Both the position numbers and the translations under genes were made by a program. DNA of 64,000 bases from a virus, in IMG/VR virus record IMGVR_UViG_3300022602_002120, positions 32,001 to 96,000 of that record; one strand, written 5' to 3'. The number at the start of each line of letters is the position of its first letter. Position 1 is the first letter of the stretch. The notes beneath the pieces are model-generated. The model saw only the letters and a list, made by a program, of their open reading frames with translations. It was not told where the DNA came from and did not search any database. Positions 1-10,276 of the stretch are shown here, piece by piece.

Positions 1-547
1 CATCGTATCCAGCAGTGCCAGCATAGACATTGTTATTCCAACCTGCTTCGTGACCATCAAATCCTATTAGGTATATCTTTTTATGCTCGTCAAATGCCGC
101 AATGTAAGCCGCAGTAGTACCAGCATCCGCATAGATATCGTACGGGATTAGATAAAATTTGCCAGGATGTTCTAATAAGTGAATAGCACTAGAATAAACA
201 ATATGTCCTTGTGTATATGTGCCATTTGCTATTTCAGCTACAATACCATTATTACCCACCGCTACTAAAAAATCTGGTTCAAAATCTCTATAAAGTGCGT
301 TACACCCATAGGTTTGTACAGTTCTTGACCCTAATAATCCGCTAGGCTTTTTAAAATTCTGTAGATCAAATCCTAAACGATTAGTTCCATTGCCTATTAC
401 AATAGCTGTGTTAGAAATCTGTCTGTTGGTAATACCACTAGGAACAGTTTCTGTGGTTGTTTTCCACATACTGTCCTCTAGTCTACGTTCAACAATGATT
501 TCTTCGCCTACATAACCTCTACGGAACTTTTTATTTACGTGTATCAT
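1..547 (-). CDS. Partial CDS (runs off window start); Maf/MptE-like or sialyltransferase-like Rossmann-fold protein
   Basis: Not in ORF track. Manual translation from ATG at 547 (AAAGG upstream): MIHVNKKFRRGYVGEEIIVERR...AIVIGNGTNR...YGCNALYRDFEPDFLVAV...KIYLIGFDG, with no stop to base 1. The IGNG, GCN and IYLIGFD motifs resemble Maf/CstII-type folds. Confidence 0.55.
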   Translation of the reverse strand, partial: MIHVNKKFRRGYVGEEIIVERRLEDSMWKTTTETVPSGITNRQISNTAIVIGNGTNRLGFDLQNFKKPSGLLGSRTVQTYGCNALYRDFEPDFLVAVGNNGIVAEIANGTYTQGHIVYSSAIHLLEHPGKFYLIPYDIYADAGTTAAYIAAFDEHKKIYLIGFDGHEAGWNNNVYAGTAGYD

Positions 548-556
548 TGATTACCT

Positions 557-3500
557 TTATACAATATAAGTTGTCATTACTTTAACATTACTATTTGTCA
601 GACTATTACTTGTATAGTAAAGGTTAACGTTGCCAGAACTAATGCTACATGAGAATACACCCATTATATTACCAACTACACCATATGTTGTTAAGTATGG
701 AGTAACAGTATCTTGAGTTAATAATATCTCTGCTGCTTCTGCTGTATTTCCAGTTTTAACCTGCACAATATACTTGGCTGTTGTATAACTTGATGTTGGG
801 AATGTATCAATTACTACAGGAGTACTTGCTGTTGGAATATTAACCACTGGTTGTGTGTATGTAACTTTATTGCCTGTTAGGTAGTTAAAGTTACCTGAGG
901 TATCAACGTTGATACGTTCAATTGTACCTGATGCATTAGTACCTGACCAAATTTGTGATCCGCTCGCATCACATAAGAATTGATTTAGGCCGTTACCACT
1001 AGTAATTGATGATACTACAGTAGTAGTTGCTAGTACACGAGCGTCAATTACATCATCTGGTGCCGGCGGTTCTGTAAATGTCAATGTTGATCCGCTTACT
1101 GAATACGCCAGTACTGGGAATTGTATCACACCATTAATACTTACGATTGTGGCACTAGTTGTCGAACTTGCTTGCAAGGTAAAGGATGTGTTAGTACCGT
1201 CTACGTGACCATATGCTCCTGAATTACCTGAGAATTGACGATCACTAATAACAGTAAACACAGAACCTGCTGTCTGCCATTGGCTACCATCGTAAAATTC
1301 TAACTGTGAAACTGTGGAGTTAAAACGCATCATACCTGCTACGTCAACGTTACCGCCACCACCGCTTGGACGTTGCGCTGTTGTACCTACAGGTACCATC
1401 ATTGAGTCTGTTGATTGTACTTTAAATGATGCACCAGGTGTTGTGCTTACACTGCCTGTGCCGTTGTAGCCACCACCGCCCACTGTAACTGCTGCATTGT
1501 TTGGATCTGCGTAGATTAATCCAGTGGTTGTAGAACCCATTACTACAAATGGATCATGTCCTTGTGTGCTGTTAAACACAGCGCCACCACCTGCACGTAC
1601 ATTGCCAGCTATACCAACCCCACCGTCTACACGTAGCGCACCAGTGTTAGTTGTTGTACTTACAGTAGTATATTTCAACCAAGCATTACCGTTATTGCTC
1701 ACGTTACTATGGAAGCGCATAACTTCTGCTGTGCTTTGGAAGCTACCAACACCAAATACAATATCGTTAAAGTTACCTGTTTGGCTAGTTGCTAGAACTA
1801 AGTTACCACCCCATGTACTGCTTTCCGGCTTAACAAAAAAGTAACCATCGTTTGGTTTAGTAATTGTGTAGTTGCCATCATTAAACGCATTGCCGGTGAA
1901 GCCCATGTCTGCCCAACCAGCAGTGTCGTTACCTGCGCTTGAGTATGCAGCGTAGTCTGCTGAACCTGTATTAGCAGTGTTCAATATAGCCATTTGTGCG
2001 TATGTTGATCCGTTATCAACTGCTACTACTGTTGGGTAGTTTAATGCTATACTAAATGCAGTCGCTCTGCCAACATAGATGTTTTTACCAGCGTAGATAT
2101 TACCAGCGGCACTAATACCACCTTGTGTAATAATTGCACCAGTTGTAGTTGATGTTGTATCTGTAGTGGAGTTTGCCCAAATAACACCTGTAGCAGCAAG
2201 CACTGTAGCATCTACACGTGTAGCCAACACATTACCAGTTACATTCAAATAACCAGTTACTGACTCATTACCGTTAACTGTCATTGCGTTAAACACACCT
2301 GCTGTTGCTAAAACGTTACCAGTTGTGTTAATTTGACCTGCATTTAGTTGTGGAGTTGAAATATTACCTGCGGCATTAATGTAGCCACTAATAGTTTCAT
2401 TTCCATTTACTGTTAATCCATTTAATACACCATTTTGTGCAATAACGTTACCTGAGGTATTCAATTGACTTGCAGTTACCACTGCAGCCATTACGTTACC
2501 AGTTACATTTAAATAGCCAGTTACTGATTCATTACCATTTACAGTAAGTGCGTTAAACACACCTGCTGTAGCTAGCACGTTACCAGTAGTGTTTAGTTGA
2601 CTTGCAGTTACCACGGCAGCCATTACGTTACCAGTTACATTCAAGTAACCAGTTACTGATTCATTACCATTGACTGTCAATGCGTTGAATGTGCCAGCAG
2701 TTGCTAAAATGTTGCCTGAGGAGTTAATAAAGCCACTTGATACTGTTAATGTACCATTTTGTGTTGTTGCTCCATTAACTGTCAAACCACTTAATGTGCC
2801 ACTAGCACCTAAAATATTACCAGTTACATTCAAGTAACCAGTTACTGACTCATTACCATTAACTGTTAGTGCATTAAATACACCGGCAGTAGCTAATACG
2901 TTACCTGTAGTATTAATTTGACCTGCATTTAGTTGTGCTGTCATTACGTTACCAGTTACATTCAAGTAACCAGTAATTGTTTCATTGCCATTAATTGTTA
3001 ATGCGTTAAATGTTGCAGCTTGACCTAGTACGTTACCTGTACTGTTTAGTTGTCCTGCTACTAGTGTTCCGCCGATACCAGCACCGCCTGCTACAATTAA
3101 AGCACCAGTGCCTGTTGTAGTTGCGGCTGTTGTATTAACTAAGTTTAAGTTACCAGCTTTAATTGGATCGTAAACAGTAGTACCATCAAGCGTGATATAG
3201 CTTGCACTTGGCTCTGCCAGGTTACTTACAAATTTCCAAGTGTTATCTGTAGGATCACGGAATACGCTAGTATGTTGGTATTGGTTGATTGTACCTAGAC
3301 CTACGCCAGTGAACGCACTGTAGAAACCAATATCATAATTGTATGGTGTTGTTACATTTGGTCTTAGATATAGTAGCGGATCTTGTACAGTAATAACGTT
3401 AGCTTGAACACCAATGATGTTGCTAACAAATAAATTACCGCCAATCCAAACGTCTTGGCTGAAGCTTGCGCCACCAGCAACCTGCAATGCACCAGTTGAT

Positions 3501-5320
3501 GCACCAGTTGCTTGAGTAGTGTTTGTTATTGTTGTAATGCCACCAACACCTAGTGTGTTGTTAATTTGTGTAGCACCACCAATAGTTGCTGTAAGTGCAA
3601 TATTCGCTGCACCTGCAACACTAATACCACCGTTAGGTACTACAATAGCACCTGTACCTTGTGTAGTAGTTGCTATACTTGCGTTAGCCCATAGACTGTT
3701 CGAAACCCCCAATATACTCAATGTACCAGTAGCACCCAAAATGTTACCAGTTACATTCAAGTAGCCAGTTACAGTTTCGTTGCCATTAACTGTTAGGGCG
3801 TTAAATGTACCAGCTTGTCCTAATACGTTACCAGTTGTATTAATTTGACCTGCATTTAGTTGTGGGGTTGAGACGTTACCAGCACTGTTAATATATCCAG
3901 TTGATGTAATACCACTAAATGTGCCTTGTGCGCCTAATATGTTGCCAGTTACATTCAAGTAACCAGTCACTGACTCGTTTCCATTTACCGTTAATGCGTT
4001 AAATATACCCGCTGTTGCTTCTACATTACCTGTAGTATTAACTTGGCCTGCATTTAACTGTGGTGTCGAAATGTTGCCTGCAGCATTAATATAGCCACTA
4101 ATAGTTTCATTTCCGTTTACTGTTAATGCGTTAAATGTACCAGCTGTTGCTAGAACATTACCTGTTGTATTAACCTGTCCTGCATTTAGTTGTGCAGTTG
4201 AAATATTGCCTGTGGTGTTGATATAACCGTAGGCTGAAATATTACCATTGACACGTAAGTCGTTGTATATACCAGCAGTGGCAATAACGTTACCTGTCGT
4301 ATTAATTTGTCCTGCGTTTAGTTGTGGTGTTGAAATATTACCACTGGTATTAATATAACCAGTTGAATTTATAGCACCAAACACACCAACAGCGGCACTT
4401 ACATTGCCTGTTGTGTTGAAATATACAGGGCCGCCTGCCGAAGTTTGTGTAATATTACCTACTACGTTAACCCATGATCCGCTAACTTGGCCTGCTAGAC
4501 CCAGTGAAGTATTACCAAATACGCTTAAGCCAGTTGATAGTACATTGCCTGGTGTATTAAAGTTAGCAGCAAACACAGTAGCATTACTATTAAATCCGCC
4601 TGCGCCTACTAGAATATTTGATACGTTAATAACTGAGGAATTTGTAGTACCGTTGACAGTTAATGCGTTATGTACTGCACCTGTTGATAATACATTACCA
4701 GTTGTATTAATTTGACCTGCGTTTAGTTGCGGAGTTGATATATTACCTGCGGCATTGATGTAACCACTAATGGTTTCATTGCCATTTACTGTAAGTGCGT
4801 TAAACACACCACCGCTGGCTAATACGTTACCACTTACGTTTAAACTTGCGGTTGTAATTATGTTTGTTACAGAAATAGTACCAATGTTTGCTTGACCTGG
4901 TACATTTAAGCTACCAACACTTAAACGTGATAAGCCTGCGCTGTTAACGTTACCGTAGGTTGTACCTGTTTCGTTAGTAGCAATAAGACGGAATTCGCCA
5001 AAGTACTCACTCCAGATAATAGCTTGGTTTTGACTAGTACCACGATTGAAAATTAAACCTTCATCGTAACTATTAGTACCACTAAAACCATTGTTTAGTA
5101 CTACCAATGGATCGTTAACGTAAGTGTTGGTACTAGCAATAGTTGTATATGAGCTAGAACCTAATACAAACAAGTTACCCGAAATTAATAAGTCACCTGG
5201 TACTGTTACGTTACTAGAAAATAGTGAACCTGTAATAGATCCGTCTGCAATTTTCTGACTAGCAATAATAGTTTTGCTATAGATTTGATTATTCAGTATT
5301 CTGGTTAATGCACCTGACAT
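557..5320 (-). CDS. Large repetitive virion fibre/structural protein (1587 aa)
   Basis: G/N/T/V-rich with many copies of a ~44-aa repeat; C-terminal MRFNS..LEFYDGSQW motif and TAKYIVQV domain shared with the neighbouring gene; upstream ATAAATA. Confidence 0.8.
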   Translation of the reverse strand: MSGALTRILNNQIYSKTIIASQKIADGSITGSLFSSNVTVPGDLLISGNLFVLGSSSYTTIASTNTYVNDPLVVLNNGFSGTNSYDEGLIFNRGTSQNQAIIWSEYFGEFRLIATNETGTTYGNVNSAGLSRLSVGSLNVPGQANIGTISVTNIITTASLNVSGNVLASGGVFNALTVNGNETISGYINAAGNISTPQLNAGQINTTGNVLSTGAVHNALTVNGTTNSSVINVSNILVGAGGFNSNATVFAANFNTPGNVLSTGLSVFGNTSLGLAGQVSGSWVNVVGNITQTSAGGPVYFNTTGNVSAAVGVFGAINSTGYINTSGNISTPQLNAGQINTTGNVIATAGIYNDLRVNGNISAYGYINTTGNISTAQLNAGQVNTTGNVLATAGTFNALTVNGNETISGYINAAGNISTPQLNAGQVNTTGNVEATAGIFNALTVNGNESVTGYLNVTGNILGAQGTFSGITSTGYINSAGNVSTPQLNAGQINTTGNVLGQAGTFNALTVNGNETVTGYLNVTGNILGATGTLSILGVSNSLWANASIATTTQGTGAIVVPNGGISVAGAANIALTATIGGATQINNTLGVGGITTITNTTQATGASTGALQVAGGASFSQDVWIGGNLFVSNIIGVQANVITVQDPLLYLRPNVTTPYNYDIGFYSAFTGVGLGTINQYQHTSVFRDPTDNTWKFVSNLAEPSASYITLDGTTVYDPIKAGNLNLVNTTAATTTGTGALIVAGGAGIGGTLVAGQLNSTGNVLGQAATFNALTINGNETITGYLNVTGNVMTAQLNAGQINTTGNVLATAGVFNALTVNGNESVTGYLNVTGNILGASGTLSGLTVNGATTQNGTLTVSSGFINSSGNILATAGTFNALTVNGNESVTGYLNVTGNVMAAVVTASQLNTTGNVLATAGVFNALTVNGNESVTGYLNVTGNVMAAVVTASQLNTSGNVIAQNGVLNGLTVNGNETISGYINAAGNISTPQLNAGQINTTGNVLATAGVFNAMTVNGNESVTGYLNVTGNVLATRVDATVLAATGVIWANSTTDTTSTTTGAIITQGGISAAGNIYAGKNIYVGRATAFSIALNYPTVVAVDNGSTYAQMAILNTANTGSADYAAYSSAGNDTAGWADMGFTGNAFNDGNYTITKPNDGYFFVKPESSTWGGNLVLATSQTGNFNDIVFGVGSFQSTAEVMRFHSNVSNNGNAWLKYTTVSTTTNTGALRVDGGVGIAGNVRAGGGAVFNSTQGHDPFVVMGSTTTGLIYADPNNAAVTVGGGGYNGTGSVSTTPGASFKVQSTDSMMVPVGTTAQRPSGGGGNVDVAGMMRFNSTVSQLEFYDGSQWQTAGSVFTVISDRQFSGNSGAYGHVDGTNTSFTLQASSTTSATIVSINGVIQFPVLAYSVSGSTLTFTEPPAPDDVIDARVLATTTVVSSITSGNGLNQFLCDASGSQIWSGTNASGTIERINVDTSGNFNYLTGNKVTYTQPVVNIPTASTPVVIDTFPTSSYTTAKYIVQVKTGNTAEAAEILLTQDTVTPYLTTYGVVGNIMGVFSCSISSGNVNLYYTSNSLTNSNVKVMTTYIV
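2240..4790 (-). repeat. Degenerate ~132-bp (44-aa) coding repeats in two blocks (about 2240-3060 and 3740-4790)
   Basis: Unit GQINTTGNVLATAGTFNALTVNGNE(T/S)(I/V)(S/T)GY(I/L)N..GN recurs; ttgacttgcagttaccac occurs at ~2465 and ~2597, 132 nt apart. Confidence 0.85.
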
Positions 5321-5404
5321 GGAAAACTCCGCTTTAAATTATATTTTACACTATTATTTGCCTGCGGTTCCATATCCCCAAGGCCTACGATGTGTGGTTT
5401 AATG

Positions 5405-5411
5405 TATTTAT
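5405..5411 (-). promoter_or_regulatory. Late promoter motif ATAAATA for the 1587-aa fibre gene
   Basis: Plus-strand tatttat in the intergenic gap; resembles the T4 gp55 promoter TATAAATA. Confidence 0.65.
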
Positions 5412-5427
5412 GCTGAGTTTGGGAAAA

Positions 5428-6876
5428 CTAAAGTGGGTAAAAATTGCGGCTAACTGTAAGATAAGTGTTAGATATCACAGGAGTATATTGAATTTGAACA
5501 TTACTACCGCTGATGCTTGCTGATATATTACCTAGCACATTACCAATAGTAATCACCCCATAGGTTGTCGAAGTTGCTGTAGTACCGTTATGTGTAACTA
5601 AGGTTTCGTAACTTTGTACATCACCGGCATTAACAGCTTGAATTACGTATTTTGCAGTTCTATAACTAGTGGTACTATAACTATCAATGGTTGCAGCCAC
5701 ATTAGGTGTTGCTATTAAGGTATTGGCTAGATTGTTATAGAATCCAGTGGTCTGGATGTTACCAACCATGTTTATATTATATCTGTCTAAGGTTACAGAT
5801 GTGTAATTATTAAAACTCAATCCGCCAACAGTAACAGCACTAGGTGCCATTAAACGTACTTCAATTGAATCCGTTGTTAATGGAATTTCAGTAAATTGAA
5901 TTTGGTTATTATTAATGATATTATATGAATAACCAGGTTGTTGAATAGTACCGTTGATGCTTACAAACACACCAGATGAAGTTGTATTAGAACTTAGTGC
6001 ATAGGTATTACTTGTGCCATCAGGGTTGATAGTCTGACTACTAATTGTTGCCTGTCCTGGTGATATCCAGTTAGTACCGTCATAGTATTCAATTGTTTTA
6101 CTTGTGGTATTAAAACGTGTATATCCTACATAAGCACTACTTGGTCTAGATGATTGATCACCAGCTGGCAGTCCCAATGCATCGGTACCTAAAATCTGTA
6201 CAATACCTGTGCCAGGTGCATTTAATACAATATTGCCGTTGGTCTCTTTAGTTGAAATAGTGTTACCACTAAATGTAAAGTTGCCTAAAATAGCATTACC
6301 AATATTGCTAGGCGTGGGTAATCCTAGATTGCCCGCATAAACCCCGCCGCTGATATAAACACTATTACCTGCAAAGCTAATAGGGCTACCACCGCTATAC
6401 GGTGTGTTGTTGCTGTTAAAGTTTAAGATACCTGCTTGATAGTCAAATACCCATAGGTCATTACTACCACTACCAGTGGCAAATACCTGTGTACCTTTAC
6501 TAGCTACGTTAGCAGCATTACCACTAGGTGCAATATAGACTTTAATTTGATAAGTTGATCCAAACTCTGGTGGTACCCAGAATGTACGTCCTGTTTGCCA
6601 TGTCAATGTTGGAGTAGGAATGCCTGCTGTGCTAGTACATTCTACAGGAAATGCTGTCGGATATACTGTTACAACACTGCTATTACTTGACGGAATAACT
6701 CCGGGAATTTGATCAGAATTTTGTAAGATTTTATCAGCACGAATTTGTAGCGGGCTTGGATTAGGTTCGTTAGTTGCGTCGATGTTACCACTAATATCAG
6801 TCTTAGCGGCACCGTAGACTATTTTCTTCCAAAGATAGTCAACCTTCTGCGAATCTGGTGCGTTCTGTATCGCCAT
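5428..6876 (-). CDS. Virion structural protein (482 aa); C-terminal half paralogous to the 1587-aa protein
   Basis: YTRFNTTSKTIEYYDGTNW, VSINGTIQQPG and TAKYVIQ motifs mirror the C-terminus of 557..5320. Confidence 0.75.
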   Translation of the reverse strand: MAIQNAPDSQKVDYLWKKIVYGAAKTDISGNIDATNEPNPSPLQIRADKILQNSDQIPGVIPSSNSSVVTVYPTAFPVECTSTAGIPTPTLTWQTGRTFWVPPEFGSTYQIKVYIAPSGNAANVASKGTQVFATGSGSNDLWVFDYQAGILNFNSNNTPYSGGSPISFAGNSVYISGGVYAGNLGLPTPSNIGNAILGNFTFSGNTISTKETNGNIVLNAPGTGIVQILGTDALGLPAGDQSSRPSSAYVGYTRFNTTSKTIEYYDGTNWISPGQATISSQTINPDGTSNTYALSSNTTSSGVFVSINGTIQQPGYSYNIINNNQIQFTEIPLTTDSIEVRLMAPSAVTVGGLSFNNYTSVTLDRYNINMVGNIQTTGFYNNLANTLIATPNVAATIDSYSTTSYRTAKYVIQAVNAGDVQSYETLVTHNGTTATSTTYGVITIGNVLGNISASISGSNVQIQYTPVISNTYLTVSRNFYPL

Positions 6877-9791
6877 TATGACACCGCCAATGTGGTAACT
6901 GTTTGACCACTTGCTAAAGCTATTCTAATCAATGCTACGTTGTTGGTTGCAGATGACATACTTACTGTACCTAGTGTCATTGTATATGCGGCATTTAATG
7001 CCACGTTGGCTGATACCAATGCTCCGCTACCGCAACCGTTTGATCCGTTACCGCCAGCTCCTGTATTAGCTCCAGGTTTACCACTACCAGCATAGCTAAC
7101 TGTAGCATCTAACCAACCATTTAATGTACTTGTACTATCAATTGCTGTTCCCGGTGCGGCTATCCATAATCCAGCAATCCCAGCCGGTGCTACTAAGTTT
7201 AAGTTAAAGTTTGAAATACCTGTACGTTGGAAGCCCATGGTAAAGTATTGATAACTTGTGCCGTCACCACTACGATTAGGTCCTACTGGCAGATATCCAG
7301 TGCTGTAATTAGCTGTTGAGTAACGTAGCACCCCTAAACGAATAGTAGCTTCTCTAGTACCAGCAACACCAGGATCACTAGTTTCATTATAAGTGTTTGC
7401 TGTAGACATAAAGTTTGTAGTGTTTACATAGCTAGGCGTATGTGTTGTACTTGATAAGAAGTATGTACTACGCACCGCTGGGTTTGTATTAGCTGATGTA
7501 TTTGCTGATATAGCAATTTCACTAATACCACTTTGTGCTGCTGTGTGTACTTGGATAGCTGTGTTTGTATAGTAGTTTGAACTAGTGCCATTAACACTAG
7601 TCACAGTTAATACTAAGTTTGCTATGCTACGAACAGCCGATGCAGTTACTGATACTGTTAGTGGGTTTAATGTATATGAACTGTATGCTCCAGTATTAGC
7701 GATAGGTGTACCACCACTTAACATTGTTACCGCAGTGTTGCTTACCGTTGCGTAGGTATACGTAGCCGCAGTGACTATGGCACTACTTGTACCTTCTTGG
7801 AATTGCCCTGTGCTGATGCTCACAGGACTGCCGTTATAATATGTTTGCCCTATCCAACTACTGATAGTAGTATTACCAACTAACACAGTAGGACTACCTG
7901 TATTATAATATGGTACACCAGAAACATATCTGTAAGTACCGTTGGTGCTAGGTATAGTAATACCAGATGCCGCTGTTGGAACTGATGTTATATTGTCAAC
8001 TACAAAGTCTACGTTACTAGTTCTACCAGTTGTTGAATGTATTATGCCGAATCTGTTTATGCCTATAGGTAATTTGCTACCAGTTGCGGTAACGTTGGCC
8101 GTAAAGCCAGACCCCCAACCTGGATAGTATATCGAGCTAGCAAAGGTTGTTGCAGCACCTGTTTGTGCAAATAAATTATAATCGCTAAGAGTAATGACCC
8201 AAAGATTGCCGTATAACCCTGTTGTTTGTGAGTTTGCAAAATTAACATTACCCGAGTCTACACCGTTGACTAAAGAAGCTAAAACTCCTGCATTAGCATT
8301 ATAAGTTAATGTGTTAGTTATTGTACCACCACTGGCACTAACAGTAGTTTGATTGTAGGTAGCGCGGTTAACTGAAGCTCCGACTGTTAATGTTGTTCCG
8401 CCTGTGTTATCTGTAACACTAGCTGCTAGGTACGGACTTGTACCTACACTTGTGCCGTATGTTAATGATCGTGTACTTACACCATATGGTGTAGCTGGTA
8501 CGTTGGCATAGACTTTTAATGCTACGTTTGAGTATAGCGGTAAGATTGCTGGGTTAGCAAGATTATCTGTTAGTAATGCTAGATTAACACCCCATTGCCC
8601 TGAGCCACTATTTCCATTATATGTATAGGCCAAGTTAGCACCTAATACCCCGCCAGGACTTGTATTGTTTGCTATGTTAGATACTGTACCATCACCCCAC
8701 AGTACTGACCAAGTTACTGTGCTGGTATTTGTGTTGGTTGTGGTATTTTGTAGATAAATTGTATTACCTTGGATGGCATATAAATTATTACCACTAAGAA
8801 TTGTTCCACCTGTATTAGTTCTATACAGATTGTAACTCATCACTGGGTTAGGACCGTAAATCTGTATGTACCCAGGAATTTGGAATGCCGCTGAATTACT
8901 TGGCACAGCACCATTGGTGTTGGTTGCTGTAACCGCTACAGTAAACGGAGTACCCGCATTAGTAGCGTAGGTATGTGTGGCTGTAGTAGAACTTGTTGTA
9001 GTATTTGCACTTCCGTCACCCCAACTAATTACATATTGGTTAACATTACCTTGCGGTACCATTGTTAATAAAATAGTTTGACCTTGGCCACCTGCTGTTA
9101 CATTGCTTGAGAATGTAACTGTACGAACAAAGGTATTAGTAAACAAGTTTTCTGCCACTGAATTTAAAATATCAATAGCATCTGTAACAGTAGTAGATGT
9201 AGTAAAGCCTAAATAGGCTGCATTGTTGCCAGCTAAGTTACCATCTGACGGAGTACCTAACGGAATTACATTGCCTATAACATCTGCAGAAATTGCACTA
9301 TCAACGTATGATTTAGTTGCAGCATCTGTACCTGTAATTGGAGTTGCAACGTTGATAATTCTATTGTTACCAGCGTTTAGATTGCCGCCAACAAACAAGT
9401 TGCCTATGCTTACGTTAGCTACTACTAGATTGCCGGAAATAGTTAAGTTTTGTAGTACACCAACATTAGTGATATTAGGTTGATTTGCAGTTACTAACGT
9501 ACCTGTAAGATAGTTAGATTGCACATTAGCAAAATAACCAGTGCGCCACCAATTAGTTGTAGTCCCGAGATCGTAACTTACATTGGCCCCAGTATAAACA
9601 TGTCCATTGCTAGTATTAATGTTACCGCTAACATCTAAATCGTATTGCGGTGCACTGTTGTTAATACCAATACGGTAGTTTGTTACGTCCCAGTATTGTA
9701 GAGTTAGGCCAGATGAGGTTATACTAAGGTCTGTACCTTGGCGGTCTAAATTACTTAGTAGTGAATACCCCGGAATGCGACTGATTGCCAT
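6876..9791 (-). CDS. Virion structural protein with PKD-like domains (971 aa)
   Basis: Two WGDG motifs (YVISWGDGS..ATHTY; WSVLWGDG..LAYTY) typical of PKD/Ig-like domains; PITGTDAATKSYVD fibre motif; S/T-rich. Confidence 0.7.
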   Translation of the reverse strand: MAISRIPGYSLLSNLDRQGTDLSITSSGLTLQYWDVTNYRIGINNSAPQYDLDVSGNINTSNGHVYTGANVSYDLGTTTNWWRTGYFANVQSNYLTGTLVTANQPNITNVGVLQNLTISGNLVVANVSIGNLFVGGNLNAGNNRIINVATPITGTDAATKSYVDSAISADVIGNVIPLGTPSDGNLAGNNAAYLGFTTSTTVTDAIDILNSVAENLFTNTFVRTVTFSSNVTAGGQGQTILLTMVPQGNVNQYVISWGDGSANTTTSSTTATHTYATNAGTPFTVAVTATNTNGAVPSNSAAFQIPGYIQIYGPNPVMSYNLYRTNTGGTILSGNNLYAIQGNTIYLQNTTTNTNTSTVTWSVLWGDGTVSNIANNTSPGGVLGANLAYTYNGNSGSGQWGVNLALLTDNLANPAILPLYSNVALKVYANVPATPYGVSTRSLTYGTSVGTSPYLAASVTDNTGGTTLTVGASVNRATYNQTTVSASGGTITNTLTYNANAGVLASLVNGVDSGNVNFANSQTTGLYGNLWVITLSDYNLFAQTGAATTFASSIYYPGWGSGFTANVTATGSKLPIGINRFGIIHSTTGRTSNVDFVVDNITSVPTAASGITIPSTNGTYRYVSGVPYYNTGSPTVLVGNTTISSWIGQTYYNGSPVSISTGQFQEGTSSAIVTAATYTYATVSNTAVTMLSGGTPIANTGAYSSYTLNPLTVSVTASAVRSIANLVLTVTSVNGTSSNYYTNTAIQVHTAAQSGISEIAISANTSANTNPAVRSTYFLSSTTHTPSYVNTTNFMSTANTYNETSDPGVAGTREATIRLGVLRYSTANYSTGYLPVGPNRSGDGTSYQYFTMGFQRTGISNFNLNLVAPAGIAGLWIAAPGTAIDSTSTLNGWLDATVSYAGSGKPGANTGAGGNGSNGCGSGALVSANVALNAAYTMTLGTVSMSSATNNVALIRIALASGQTVTTLAVS

Positions 9792-9794
9792 TAA

Positions 9795-9832
9795 TAATTA
9801 TCCAACCTTTACACTATTTATCTGGATAATTA
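9795..9832 (-). promoter_or_regulatory. 10-bp inverted repeat enclosing a late promoter (ATAAATA, 9815-9821) and overlapping the RBS of the 971-aa gene
   Basis: taattatcca (9795-9804) and tggataatta (9823-9832) are perfect reverse complements around an 18-nt loop. Confidence 0.65.
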
Positions 9833-10273
9833 AGCTATGTTTGAAACTGTGCTTGCGAATCCGCTAATGATTGTGATAGTTGCGCCGCTACTTGGGGGGC
9901 TACTAAAAATAATATTTCCTGTGCCATCGAATGTATAGTTGGTGTTAGGGATCTGATACACTGATCCTGCATGAACTATAACTTTAAGTTCGTCGCCTGA
10001 CACAAACGGCACCGGCGGATTCCAAAAGCGTGTTTTTGATCCATCAGCTCCTATTGGACTAAATGAAGATATAGTAACATTGCCTTGTGTGGCCACAGCA
10101 TTCCACCCGCCTACACCGGATGTGTTAGAAAAGAATTCTAACTTGTTTGTAGTGGTGTTCCAACGTACTTGCGCATTAGCGGCTGGGTTAGGCCCAACAG
10201 TACTAGTCCCAGTTGGCACACCTAGAGCATAAGCCGCACCACTGAATACTTGATTTTTAAGCATGCGTCCCAT
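9830..10273 (-). CDS. Small virion structural protein (147 aa)
   Basis: VRWNTTTNKLEFF..W and VYQIPNTNYTF..IIFSSPP motifs shared with the 482-aa and 1587-aa proteins. Confidence 0.7.
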   Translation of the reverse strand: MGRMLKNQVFSGAAYALGVPTGTSTVGPNPAANAQVRWNTTTNKLEFFSNTSGVGGWNAVATQGNVTISSFSPIGADGSKTRFWNPPVPFVSGDELKVIVHAGSVYQIPNTNYTFDGTGNIIFSSPPSSGATITIISGFASTVSNIA

Positions 10274-10276
10274 GAA

